The notes under the pieces: model-generated
What the model was told of the DNA's origin: nothing
Database searches by the model: none
What the model saw: only the letters and a program-made list of their open reading frames with translations
Assembly (NCBI GenBank): GCA_015493225.1
Contig: WGDO01000031.1
Location: 1,355-65,354, forward strand
Length of the DNA stretch: 64,000 nt
DNA from: Patescibacteria group bacterium
GTDB lineage: Bacteria > Patescibacteriota > Minisyncoccia > Moranbacterales > DUUL01
Direction of reading: 5' to 3'
Program-made: the position numbers and the translations under genes
Shown: piece by piece, positions 10,466 through 19,069 of the stretch
Layout: each line of letters opens with the position of its first letter
Numbering within the stretch: the stretch's first letter is position 1

Positions 10466-12049
10466 ATGAAAAATAAATTTTATATTACGACGCCGGTTTA
10501 TTATGCTAATGCTCAACCGCATATTGGTCACGCTTATACAACGGTGGCGGCGGATACAATAGTAAGGTTCAAAAAACTGCAGGAAAAAGAAACTTATTTT
10601 TTAACAGGGATGGATGAACATGGGGCGAAAATTGCCCAGAAAGCAAAAGCGGAAGGAGTGGAGCCTTTGGAATTGGTGGATGGGGTAGTGAGCGATTTTA
10701 AGGCGTTGTGGGAGCGTTTGGGTATTGAGTATGATGTTTTTACTAGAACGACTGATGCTAAGCATAAAAAAGCTATTCAGACGGCAATGCAGAAGTTGTA
10801 TGGCGAAGGAATAATTTATAAAGGTGAGTACGAGGGATTGTATTGTGTTGGTTGTGAGCAATTTAAAAATGAAAGTGATTTGGTGAATGGAAAGTGTCCG
10901 GATCATAATACGGAACCGGAAATTATGAGGGAGGAAAGTTATTTAATGAAAATGACGGAAATGCAGGATTGGTTGGTGGGGGCAATTAAAAAAGATGAGT
11001 TTAGAATTAGGCCAGAAAAATATAGGAGAGAAATTTTGTCTTTTTTGGAAGATAATAAATTAGAGGATTTATCTGTTTCTCGAAAGAATGTGCAGTGGGG
11101 TATTCCCTTGCCTTTTGATGAAAGTCATACAGTTTATGTTTGGTTTGATGCTTTTTTAAGTTATGTCACTGGGTTAAATTGGGATGGAGCTAAGTTTGCC
11201 GACGAGATTGGTCAGAAGTTTTGGCCGTCGGATGTTAATTTGATTGGTAAGGATATTTTGCGGGTACATGCTACTATTTGGCCGATAATGTTAAAACATC
11301 TGGGGTTGGAAGTGTCTCGGGGTTTGTTTGTGCACGGGCATATTTTGTCTGGTGGGAAAAAGATGAGTAAGAGTTTGGGAAATGTAATTGGTATTGATGA
11401 AATGTTGGATGAATTTGGTTCGGAGGCAACTAGATATTTATTATTGTCAGCTGGACAATTTGGAGAAGATGTGGATTTGACGATGGAGAGAATGAGGGAA
11501 AAATATAATGCGGATTTGGCGAATGGGTTGGGGAATCTGCTTTCGAGAGTAGTTACTCTTTCGAGCAATTTTAAATTTAAATTTGTAAATTTTAATTCAA
11601 TTTTAAATGATGAAATTTTAAATGATAATTTAGGCGAGCAAAGCATTGCCTTTAGAGCGGAACGCAGTGTAGCGAAAGGCGAGGATTTCCCGTCCGACCA
11701 AGTCATCCGGGTGGATAGCGAGCGGGAAAGTTTTGCTAAACTCATTGAGAGTTTTGAGTTTGACAGGGCATTGAAAATGATTTGGAAGATTGTGCAGGAT
11801 AGTAATAAATTGATAGAAGAAACTAAGCCTTGGGAGTTGGCTAAGCAGGTCGAAACTGAGCATTCGCCAGTCGAAAGTCGAGAGCCTAAAGTCGAAAGTG
11901 TCGGAGAATTTGAAAAAGTGATGAAAGAATTATTTAGTAATTTGCTTGAAGTTTCCGGGTTGTTGCAAATTTTTATGCCGGAGACGGCGGAGAAAATTAA
12001 GAAGCAATTGGAAACGGGGGAGAAGGAGATTTTGTTTGAACGAAAGTGA
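10466..12049 (+). CDS. metG: Methionine--tRNA ligase (short form) with repeat-derived insertions
   Basis: FYITTPVYYAN, HIGH, CVGC..CPDH knuckle, YVWFDA, GKDI, KMSKS. Confidence 0.97.
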   Translation: MKNKFYITTPVYYANAQPHIGHAYTTVAADTIVRFKKLQEKETYFLTGMDEHGAKIAQKAKAEGVEPLELVDGVVSDFKALWERLGIEYDVFTRTTDAKHKKAIQTAMQKLYGEGIIYKGEYEGLYCVGCEQFKNESDLVNGKCPDHNTEPEIMREESYLMKMTEMQDWLVGAIKKDEFRIRPEKYRREILSFLEDNKLEDLSVSRKNVQWGIPLPFDESHTVYVWFDAFLSYVTGLNWDGAKFADEIGQKFWPSDVNLIGKDILRVHATIWPIMLKHLGLEVSRGLFVHGHILSGGKKMSKSLGNVIGIDEMLDEFGSEATRYLLLSAGQFGEDVDLTMERMREKYNADLANGLGNLLSRVVTLSSNFKFKFVNFNSILNDEILNDNLGEQSIAFRAERSVAKGEDFPSDQVIRVDSERESFAKLIESFEFDRALKMIWKIVQDSNKLIEETKPWELAKQVETEHSPVESREPKVESVGEFEKVMKELFSNLLEVSGLLQIFMPETAEKIKKQLETGEKEILFERK

Positions 12050-12052
12050 TAG

Positions 12053-12142
12053 AGCGCTGCGCTCGTTGGATTGGCTACGCCTTGTTATATTGCTTCGCTC
12101 GTTGTATCGGCTAGCGCCTCGTGGGATCGCTTTGCTCGTTGT
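12053..12142. repeat. Five degenerate 17-20-nt tandem units (GCT.CGCTCGTTG-like)
   Basis: agcgctgcgctcgttgg / attggctacgccttgttat / attgcttcgctcgttgt / atcggctagcgcctcgtggg / atcgctttgctcgttgt. Confidence 0.7.
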
Positions 12143-12281
12143 AGACGTTGTTTCCCTAATTTGGAGATAAATGCTGGTTTCGTTCGTGGTGTTTTTTTGT
12201 TTTGTTAGTTGACAGGGGTTTGCGTGAATAAAAAAAGGCCCGAGGATAAAGTCAGGCCAGGTGCATCAATGTTTTGATGAT

Positions 12282-12401
12282 TCAGGGATGATAAAGTCGC
12301 CATACAATAATTCCAAAAATAGTTATCAAGAGTAATAGAAAAGGGCGACGTCCTCGATCCCACTCTTTTTTAAGAGTTGTCTTTTCCTTTTTTCTTCGCA
12401 T
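12282..12401 (-). CDS. Small 39-aa single-TM protein (not in ORF track)
   Basis: AAGGAG RBS, then MRRKKEKTTLKKEWDRGRRPFLLLLITIFGIIVWRLYHP*. Confidence 0.5.
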   Translation of the reverse strand: MRRKKEKTTLKKEWDRGRRPFLLLLITIFGIIVWRLYHP

Positions 12402-12483
12402 ATTTTTCTCCTTGAAAGAAATTAAGATAGATAAAGAGTATCTTTTACTAGCGTAGTATATTTTGTCATAAATTGCAAGTATT

Positions 12484-12514
12484 AAAAAACAACGGTGTTA
12501 AGTCGTTGTTTTTT
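12484..12514. terminator. Intrinsic terminator-like hairpin
   Basis: AAAAAACAACGG..TCGTTGTTTTTT downstream of the 12559-12795 gene. Confidence 0.5.
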
Positions 12515-12558
12515 GTTTTTGTTCTTATTTTGCTTTAGTCTAAAAATAGTTTTTAAAA

Positions 12559-12795
12559 CTATTTTTTCTTGAATTCAGAGTCGTCCATTTTGGCGACGGT
12601 GATTTCAGACCAGATTAGGGCTCCAAGAGCTAGGGGAATTCCTAGAAGGGCTCCGATAAGAGTGATAATAAGAAGTAGTGCTGCTCCAGCCATAATAATC
12701 TGAATAGTTCCTTCTTTCTTTTTACCGGCAATAATTGTGCCAAGTCCGGGAATAATAAAATTCAGAACTAGGGCAATAATTTTTTCGTTGCTCAT
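12559..12795 (-). CDS. Small membrane protein
   Basis: ALVLNFIIPGLG (TM2-like) and hydrophobic helices. Confidence 0.7.
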   Translation of the reverse strand: MSNEKIIALVLNFIIPGLGTIIAGKKKEGTIQIIMAGAALLLIITLIGALLGIPLALGALIWSEITVAKMDDSEFKKK

Positions 12796-12870
12796 TTGTT
12801 GTCTATTAAAGTAATTATATTTTTATAATAGCATTGTTTTTTACTTTGGGCAAATTAGAGTCAAAATTAT

Positions 12871-13473
12871 TTATAGAGGAATGTCGATATTCATTTTTTT
12901 AAGTAAAAAGTCATAGAGAATTAAGGCAAGGACTACTAGGAAAATCATTATTAAAAAACGAAATTTCTTTTTATGGCGATGATAGGACGTTCGTTCGTGG
13001 TGATTGACTTTATCTAAAAGTTCATCACCAAATTTAATGGAGACAAAAGTTCCCAGGGCGGAAATAAAGATAATTAACCAAAATGGGATTGGTTGTTCTA
13101 GAATATGTTTGAAAAAATTAAGAAGAGGTGTTTTGCTATATATCTCTGGGTGGATAAAAAAAGTGTATAAATTTAAAGAAATAGCAATAATCCAGACAGT
13201 TATTTCAGAAAAGAGCATTTTGATTTTTGTGATTAGACGAAAGGGGAAGTCTAGGAGAAAGCCGGCATCGGCAATTGGTGTACAAAGAACAAAAAAGGAC
13301 CAACTTAAAATGGAAACAAAAAAACCTTGCTGGACACCATATTTTTTGGCGATGAAAATAAAGTAACCAACAAAGACTAAGAGTACTAAAATAAATTTAG
13401 TTAGAACTTTACGCTTGGTTTCGTGCTGAAGGAGGTGTTTAGTTTTAATTTTAGGGGATGTTTTGCTCGACAT
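12871..13473 (-). CDS. Hypothetical multi-pass membrane protein
   Basis: 200 aa, 5-6 TM segments, WSFFVLCTPIADAG motif. Confidence 0.75.
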   Translation of the reverse strand: MSSKTSPKIKTKHLLQHETKRKVLTKFILVLLVFVGYFIFIAKKYGVQQGFFVSILSWSFFVLCTPIADAGFLLDFPFRLITKIKMLFSEITVWIIAISLNLYTFFIHPEIYSKTPLLNFFKHILEQPIPFWLIIFISALGTFVSIKFGDELLDKVNHHERTSYHRHKKKFRFLIMIFLVVLALILYDFLLKKMNIDIPL

Positions 13474-13615
13474 TGTTGTTTACAAGGTAATTGTTATCTT
13501 TTGTAATTATAACACTAATTTTAAAAACAACAATGATTTTTGGATTGGTTTTATTTTTGATAATATTTTAAAAGAATTTATTTGAGTTGTAGTGAAATTG
13601 ATCAGGTAATTACTT

Positions 13616-13708
13616 AAAAACCCTCCAAATTTTCTCGCTACTTTTATTTATCAACTACGTTTATAAATAAAAGTAGCGAGAAAATTTGACTCCCTTTACA
13701 CAGGGGGT
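13616..13708 (+). repeat. Family B frame with a long inner hairpin (13626-13688)
   Basis: AAAAACCCTC-[CAAATTTTCTCGCTACTTTTATTTAT..ATAAATAAAAGTAGCGAGAAAATTTG]-ACTCCCTTTACACAGGGGGT. Confidence 0.85.
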
Positions 13709-13721
13709 GGGCTAGGAAATG

Positions 13722-14687
13722 TTAGTCATTTTCTTCGATGCAGATTTCTTTATTGAAGATAGCTTTAAGGGTGCGAAGAAATAGTAAAATAATTAGAATA
13801 TTAAGAATGATAAAAGCAAATTTTACAAAAGAAAGCATAAATACCCAATGGGTCTTGTGTAGCAGGAAGAAGGAGGCAATAACAAAGGCGTCCAAGGGGA
13901 AGGAATAAGCCCAGGAAGAGAGGTAAAATTTAATTTTACTAAAATATTTAAATTGAAATAGGAAAAGGAAGAAAATAAACATTGAAAAATAATACAAAAT
14001 ACGAGCATTAATATCAATGGTGTTTGTTAATTTAACATAGGCAATAAAACCAACAGCAGAGGGAGCCATTAAGATGAAAAAAGTTGGCATAAGTTTTTCT
14101 TTAAGGGGCTGATGAAAAATAATGCGATTTAAAACAATGGCCATTAATATTATCCAAAAAATTATGCCGACACTAAAGAAAAACCAGGAAACTTCTTGAG
14201 AAGCATGGGCGACTCCGGCAATTGGAATAAGAACATTACCGACTACCGGCATAAAAATTGCTGGGCTGATGTGTTTTAATTCAAAATGGTCTTTATGCAT
14301 CCAGAAAGTTAAAATAGTCATTCCAAAACCGAGTTGAGCAATTACACCTAGTATCCAGAAAAATTTGGAATATTGCATAAAATGAACATTCATAAAAAGA
14401 ATGCTAAGTAACAATAAAATTTTGGCAATGATTGGAAAAAAATTTATTTTAACTGGATCGTTAAACTCTCTTTTTACTTCACTGGGAAATTTAATCCATT
14501 TTGTAAGATAAATGATGGTAGTGAGTGCAAATAAAGTTATAACTAGAGTAAATAAAATTGGGCTAAGACCAAAATTCCACTTTAAAAGAGATTCCGCTTT
14601 TTGCCAGGCAACAGTAAATCCTGCTAATCCAAGGGTGATGGAATAAAAAGAAATTGGAAAGTTTTTTAATCTAAGAGTTGTAAACAT
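13722..14687 (-). CDS. SLAC1/TehA-family anion channel (tellurite resistance/C4-dicarboxylate transporter)
   Basis: FPISFYSITLGLAG, PVKINFFP, SPAIFMPVVGN, PTFFILMAP, WAYSFP; ~10 TM; start taken at MFTT. Confidence 0.88.
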   Translation of the reverse strand: MFTTLRLKNFPISFYSITLGLAGFTVAWQKAESLLKWNFGLSPILFTLVITLFALTTIIYLTKWIKFPSEVKREFNDPVKINFFPIIAKILLLLSILFMNVHFMQYSKFFWILGVIAQLGFGMTILTFWMHKDHFELKHISPAIFMPVVGNVLIPIAGVAHASQEVSWFFFSVGIIFWIILMAIVLNRIIFHQPLKEKLMPTFFILMAPSAVGFIAYVKLTNTIDINARILYYFSMFIFFLFLFQFKYFSKIKFYLSSWAYSFPLDAFVIASFFLLHKTHWVFMLSFVKFAFIILNILIILLFLRTLKAIFNKEICIEEND

Positions 14688-14698
14688 AATTGTATTGA

Positions 14699-14977
14699 TT
14701 AATATTTGATTATTTTTATAGCCCAACCATTAATTATGGCAGAGGCAATTTTTTTTTGAGAACTATGTAAAATTCTTTGGAAAGTACTTTGAGAGGTATG
14801 CATTTTTTTTGCAGCAGTTGTTTGATCTAATTCTTCAAGATTTTTTAATCTTAAGGCCTCCCATTCTTCCAGGCTAATTTCTATGATTTTAAGGTCTCTA
14901 ATAGGAACTCCTTGAGGTTTATAGAAGGTTGTGTTTGGGTGTAATTTTATTTTTCTTTTTAAATGTGGCCGAGCCAT
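14699..14977 (-). CDS. DUF134-family DNA-binding protein
   Basis: MARP..KR, YKPQG, EEWEALRL..LDQ..AA..M..SQSTFQRIL..KIA.AI..G. Confidence 0.9.
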   Translation of the reverse strand: MARPHLKRKIKLHPNTTFYKPQGVPIRDLKIIEISLEEWEALRLKNLEELDQTTAAKKMHTSQSTFQRILHSSQKKIASAIINGWAIKIIKY

Positions 14978-14998
14978 ATTTTTTAATTTTAAATTTTA

Positions 14999-15045
14999 TG
15001 AAATCTCCAAGCCGTCTTATTGTTAAGACGACCTGGGAGATTTCA
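14999..15045. other. Intercistronic hairpin between the DUF5320 and DUF134 genes
   Basis: TGAAATCTCC..CGTCTT..AAGACG..GGAGATTTCA. Confidence 0.55.
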
Positions 15046-15051
15046 CTAAGG

Positions 15052-15258
15052 TTATTTGTTTAAATCTCTACCTTGACCAGAGCCGTTTCTTAGCCTTCTA
15101 CCTAAACCTCTATTTTGGACAGAGCTGTTTCTTAATCCTTTGCCTAAACCCCCAAGAGGAGTGTTTCGGAGCTGATTGGAGCTGTTTACACAGGTACTTT
15201 GTTTTCGGCCTGTTCTTAGCCCTTGTCCGTTTGGACCTGTTCCATCTAAATTTGGCAT
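15052..15258 (-). CDS. DUF5320-family small Gly/Arg-rich protein
   Basis: MPNLDGTGPNGQG..TGR N-terminus; adjacent to DUF134. Confidence 0.8.
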   Translation of the reverse strand: MPNLDGTGPNGQGLRTGRKQSTCVNSSNQLRNTPLGGLGKGLRNSSVQNRGLGRRLRNGSGQGRDLNK

Positions 15259-15350
15259 ATATTTGATTTAGAAAAAAGTATATTTATTATTGATATAAAT
15301 ATAGAGTTTCTAATAATTAATTATTAAGATGTAAATAATGAGTATTTACA

Positions 15351-15384
15351 TTATGAGTATATACCCATAATTAATTTTTGTCAA
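15351..15384 (-). promoter_or_regulatory. Sigma70 promoter overlapped by a palindromic operator
   Basis: Minus-strand TTGACA-17-TATACT; palindrome TTATGAGTATATACCCATAA at 15351-15370. Confidence 0.65.
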
Positions 15385-15490
15385 GTGTCTTAATAATAAG
15401 TATTTATAAATAGTTGTAATTTTATATTTAGGGATATATACTTAAAGTATAATATTTACAAGTGGTATTAATTAATAATTGTTTTAAACT

Positions 15491-16630
15491 ATGCTTATAG
15501 ATACACATTGTCATTTAAATTTTAAGGATTTTAGGGAGGATGCAGATGATGTTATTAAAAAAACTTTAAATGAAGATGTTCAGATGATTATTGTTGGGTC
15601 GCAGTATTCTACTAGTCGGCGAGCGGTAGAATACGCAGATAAGTATAATAGAGATGGGCAGGGTGGTGTTTGGGCGGCGGTAGGAATTCATCCGGTACAT
15701 TTGACAAGTCAAAAGTCTAAAGTCAAAAGTCTAAAGTCAAATAATGATAATGATTTGCCGGAAAAGTTGAGTATAGAGAAATTTGATTATAGCAAATATT
15801 TAGAATTAGCGAAAAATGAGAAGGTAGTGGCGATTGGGGAGGTGGGATTGGATTATCATCATTTTGATACCGCGAATCTACAAATAAACTACAAATCTAC
15901 AAATGTTGTTAGTGAAGGGGTTGATAAAAATAATGATGATGATATGGAGCAGAGAGTGGTTGATTTTGAGATGGCTAAAAAGGAAGTGGCGGGGATTATT
16001 GAGTTGCAGAAAAGTGTTTTTAGGGATTTCGTAAGGTTGGCAGATGAAGTGGGGAAGCCGTTGGTAATTCATGGTTGGAATGCGGATAAGAAAGATAAAG
16101 AGTTAGTTGAGGGAGCGGTGGCGTATGAGGATATATTGGAAATAGTTAGTAGTTCACAGTTTACAGTTCACGGTAAGAGTGGTGATCAGTCAGTAGCTAC
16201 TAGTTCACGGGCTGGTCACTTAAAAACCCCCCATCCCCCTTTTCGCGAAAGGGGGGATGACCCCCTTTATCCCACTTCGCTGAAGCTTCGAGGGACAGGC
16301 ACAGGGGGTAGAAGAGGGGTGGTGCATAGTTTTATTGGAAATTATAAAATAGCGCTTAGATTTATTGAAGAGGGATTTGTAATTGGCTTGAATGGAATTA
16401 TAACTTATTCGGAAAGTTACGATCGGTTAATAAAAGAAATTGGTTTGGAGAATATTATTTTAGAAACAGATGCTCCGTATTTAACACCAAACCCTCTAGA
16501 GCGATACAGCCGTAATGAGCCATTAAATGTAAAATTAGTAGCTCAAAAAATTGCGGATGTTTTAGAAATAGATGTCGAAAAGGTAGAAAAAATAACAACT
16601 AAAAATGCTCAAAGGTTATTTAAAATATAG
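15491..16630 (+). CDS. tatD: TatD-family DNase with repeat-derived insertions
   Basis: DTHCH, GIHP, GEVGLD, VIH, VVHSF, ETDAP, RNEP motifs. Confidence 0.93.
   Translation: MLIDTHCHLNFKDFREDADDVIKKTLNEDVQMIIVGSQYSTSRRAVEYADKYNRDGQGGVWAAVGIHPVHLTSQKSKVKSLKSNNDNDLPEKLSIEKFDYSKYLELAKNEKVVAIGEVGLDYHHFDTANLQINYKSTNVVSEGVDKNNDDDMEQRVVDFEMAKKEVAGIIELQKSVFRDFVRLADEVGKPLVIHGWNADKKDKELVEGAVAYEDILEIVSSSQFTVHGKSGDQSVATSSRAGHLKTPHPPFRERGDDPLYPTSLKLRGTGTGGRRGVVHSFIGNYKIALRFIEEGFVIGLNGIITYSESYDRLIKEIGLENIILETDAPYLTPNPLERYSRNEPLNVKLVAQKIADVLEIDVEKVEKITTKNAQRLFKI
16222..16309 (+). repeat. Family B element carrying a 30-nt family C insertion (16270-16299), in frame in tatD
   Basis: Matches the empty copy at 62867-62925 plus TCCCACTTCGCTGAAGCTTCGAGGGACAGG. 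Confidence 0.9.
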
Positions 16631-16672
16631 CTATGCTGCAAGAATAAAATTCCTATAGTATTTATAAATAAT

Positions 16673-17302
16673 ATGAAAATAATAAAAGTTGATCTAGATA
16701 ATTTTTCTAAGGAAAATATTGAAACAATTGCTGAAGAAATTAGAAAAGAGCAAGTAGTTGTGTTACCAACGGATACGATTTATGGGTTGAGTGCGATTGT
16801 TGCTAACAAAAAAGCAATTCGGAAAATTTATCGAATTAAAAAGAGAATGCCAGAACAACAAAAACACCTGATACTTTTGGTAAAAAGTTTTTGTATGGTT
16901 CGGCGGTATTGTTATTTATCGCTGAAACAATACAATTATTTAAAAGAGCGATGGGTGGAAGGAAAAAGAGCATTGACGGTGATTTTACGAGGAAGAAAAG
17001 ATTATTTTCAAGAACAGGGTATAAATTTATCTGAATTAATTAGTGATGATGATGGGGTGGCTGTACGACGGCCGAATAATAAATTTTTATTAGCATTATT
17101 AAAAGAGGTTGATGAGTCAATTGTTTCTACTAGTTTGAATATTACTGGGAAAGAGGATTTAAGGGATATTTCTAAGATGGATAAATATTTTATCGATGTT
17201 AAACCTGACGTGGTGGTTGATGCTGGTTTTTTACCAAAACAAAAACCCTCAAAATTGGAGGATTTGAGGGATATGAAAGATATAAATGTTTTGAGGAAAT
17301 AG
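16673..17302 (+). CDS. tsaC: Threonylcarbamoyl-AMP synthase (Sua5/YrdC/TsaC)
   Basis: PTDTIYGL, IY.IK.R, VAVR.P, STSLNITG. Confidence 0.9.
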   Translation: MKIIKVDLDNFSKENIETIAEEIRKEQVVVLPTDTIYGLSAIVANKKAIRKIYRIKKRMPEQQKHLILLVKSFCMVRRYCYLSLKQYNYLKERWVEGKRALTVILRGRKDYFQEQGINLSELISDDDGVAVRRPNNKFLLALLKEVDESIVSTSLNITGKEDLRDISKMDKYFIDVKPDVVVDAGFLPKQKPSKLEDLRDMKDINVLRK

Positions 17303-17415
17303 GGAATAGTATATATTAATTTGGATTTAACTTTTAGTTTAACCCTGCTATAATGTAGGGGTGGGATTTGGTTGTGAGAAAATAAATAAAAGGTTAGTTG
17401 TTTAATTATTTTTTT

Positions 17416-18894
17416 ATGAAAATTGCAATAGATACGGCGGATTTGGATTGTGAGAGGATTGATGGGACAAGGGTTTATATTCAGAATGTTTTGAAGTACT
17501 TGGGGAGATTGGCTCCGGAGGATGAGTTTTTTTTGTTTCATAAAACGGAGTATAATAAGTTGTTGCGACCAGCGGAATTTAAAAATTATCATGATAAAAG
17601 TTTGGGCAAGGGTTTTTGGTGGACGCAGATTAAATTTGCGCGAGAAGTGCGAAAATTGAATTCTGATGTTTGTTGGATGCCAATTCAGCAAATACCTGGT
17701 CTCAATTTTCAATTTTCAATTTTCAATTTTCAATCAATTTTCAATGATTTAATTTTAAATTTTAAATTAATTTTTAATGTTTTAATTTTGAATAAGCGAA
17801 AAAATGATAGGCGAGCGCGGGAAATAAATAAGAGGAACAATACCGAGGCAAGGCCTCGGTATTCGGAGAAAGTGAAATATGTTGTTACGATTCATGATTT
17901 GGCGTTTAAATTTTTTGGGAATCATTTTCCGTTGGTGGATAGAATAAAGTTGAATTGGTACACGGATGTGGCGGTGAAAAGGGCGGATAAGATTATTGCC
18001 ATTTCGGAAGCGACGAAAAAAGATTTGATTAAATTCTATCCGGAAGTTGATGAAAATAAAATAGTAGTGGTGCGTCATGGGTTCGATAGGGAAAATTTTG
18101 AGCAGGAGTTTAGTGAAAGAGAAAAAAAAGTGTTTGCAAAAAAATATAATTTAATAAAAAAAGAGGTTGGTGAAAATGCTGAAATTCAAAATTCAAAATT
18201 CAAAATTCAAAATTATTTACTGTATGTTGGGGCGATTCAGCCGAGGAAGGATTTGGTGACTTTGATTAAGGCCTTCGATAAAATAAAATCTCAAGATGCA
18301 AGAAGCAAGATACAAACAAATCTCAAGATACAAGGGACAAGATACAAACAAATGACAAATGATAAATTACAAATGACAAATGATAAATTACAAATGACAA
18401 ATGACGAGACGCAGATAAATGACGGGTTGCAGGCAATATCAGATGTAGATGTTTCTAATTTGAAATTGGTGTTGGTGGGGGAGAAGGCATGGAAATCGGA
18501 AAGTACATTGAGGGCAATTGACAAATCGGAGTTTAAAGATGATATAATTGTGACAGGGAAGGTTGACTTTAGGGAATTAGCGATGTTTTATCGTTTTGCT
18601 AAGGTTTTTGTGTTTCCATCGTTGTATGAGGGATTTGGAATTCCAATTTTAGAGGCGATGGCTAGTAAAACGCCGGTAATAGTAGCGGATAATTCTTCTT
18701 TAACGGAAGTGGGCGGAGAAGCGGTATTGAAATTTAAAACGGGAAGCAGTGACGATTTGCAAAAACAATTACGAAAACTTTTGGAAGATAAAAATTTACA
18801 AGATAAAATAGTTGGACGAGGTCTGGAGCAAATTAAAAAATTTAGTTGGGAGAAGTGTGCGAGGGAGACGTTGGAGATTTTGAGGGGAATGTAG
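17416..18894 (+). CDS. GT4 (group 1) glycosyltransferase with repeat-derived insertions
   Basis: VVTIHDL, YVGAIQPRK, FPSLYEGFGIPILEAMAS, FSWEKCA. Confidence 0.92.
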   Translation: MKIAIDTADLDCERIDGTRVYIQNVLKYLGRLAPEDEFFLFHKTEYNKLLRPAEFKNYHDKSLGKGFWWTQIKFAREVRKLNSDVCWMPIQQIPGLNFQFSIFNFQSIFNDLILNFKLIFNVLILNKRKNDRRAREINKRNNTEARPRYSEKVKYVVTIHDLAFKFFGNHFPLVDRIKLNWYTDVAVKRADKIIAISEATKKDLIKFYPEVDENKIVVVRHGFDRENFEQEFSEREKKVFAKKYNLIKKEVGENAEIQNSKFKIQNYLLYVGAIQPRKDLVTLIKAFDKIKSQDARSKIQTNLKIQGTRYKQMTNDKLQMTNDKLQMTNDETQINDGLQAISDVDVSNLKLVLVGEKAWKSESTLRAIDKSEFKDDIIVTGKVDFRELAMFYRFAKVFVFPSLYEGFGIPILEAMASKTPVIVADNSSLTEVGGEAVLKFKTGSSDDLQKQLRKLLEDKNLQDKIVGRGLEQIKKFSWEKCARETLEILRGM

Positions 18895-18906
18895 ATAGTG
18901 TGCGGG

Positions 18907-19027
18907 CCCTACGAAATTACAAATCAATTACAAATCTACGAATTACTCACTGCGTTCGCTATGTAGAAGTTGTCGTCTCTAAACGGGAGATAAAATAAAT
19001 TTGTAGTAAATTTGTAGTTTAGTAGGG
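18907..19027. repeat. Family E repeat (TACAAATC/TACGAATT octamer array + TACTCACTGCGTTCGCTA) with an inverted partner arm
   Basis: Near-identical copies at 31946-32000 and 54530-54622; partial copies at 15871-15903, 25488-25530 and 30613-30652. Confidence 0.8.
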
Positions 19028-19069
19028 ACTGTAGTTTTGTAGGAGTTATACAAATTAAAATTAAAATGC

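Noticed and set aside
17008-17712. 234-aa minus-strand ORF and other antisense/alternate-frame ORFs (e.g. 11212-11745, 58163-58627, 59306-59581)
   Set aside because: Shadows of well-supported genes, with no motifs of their own.
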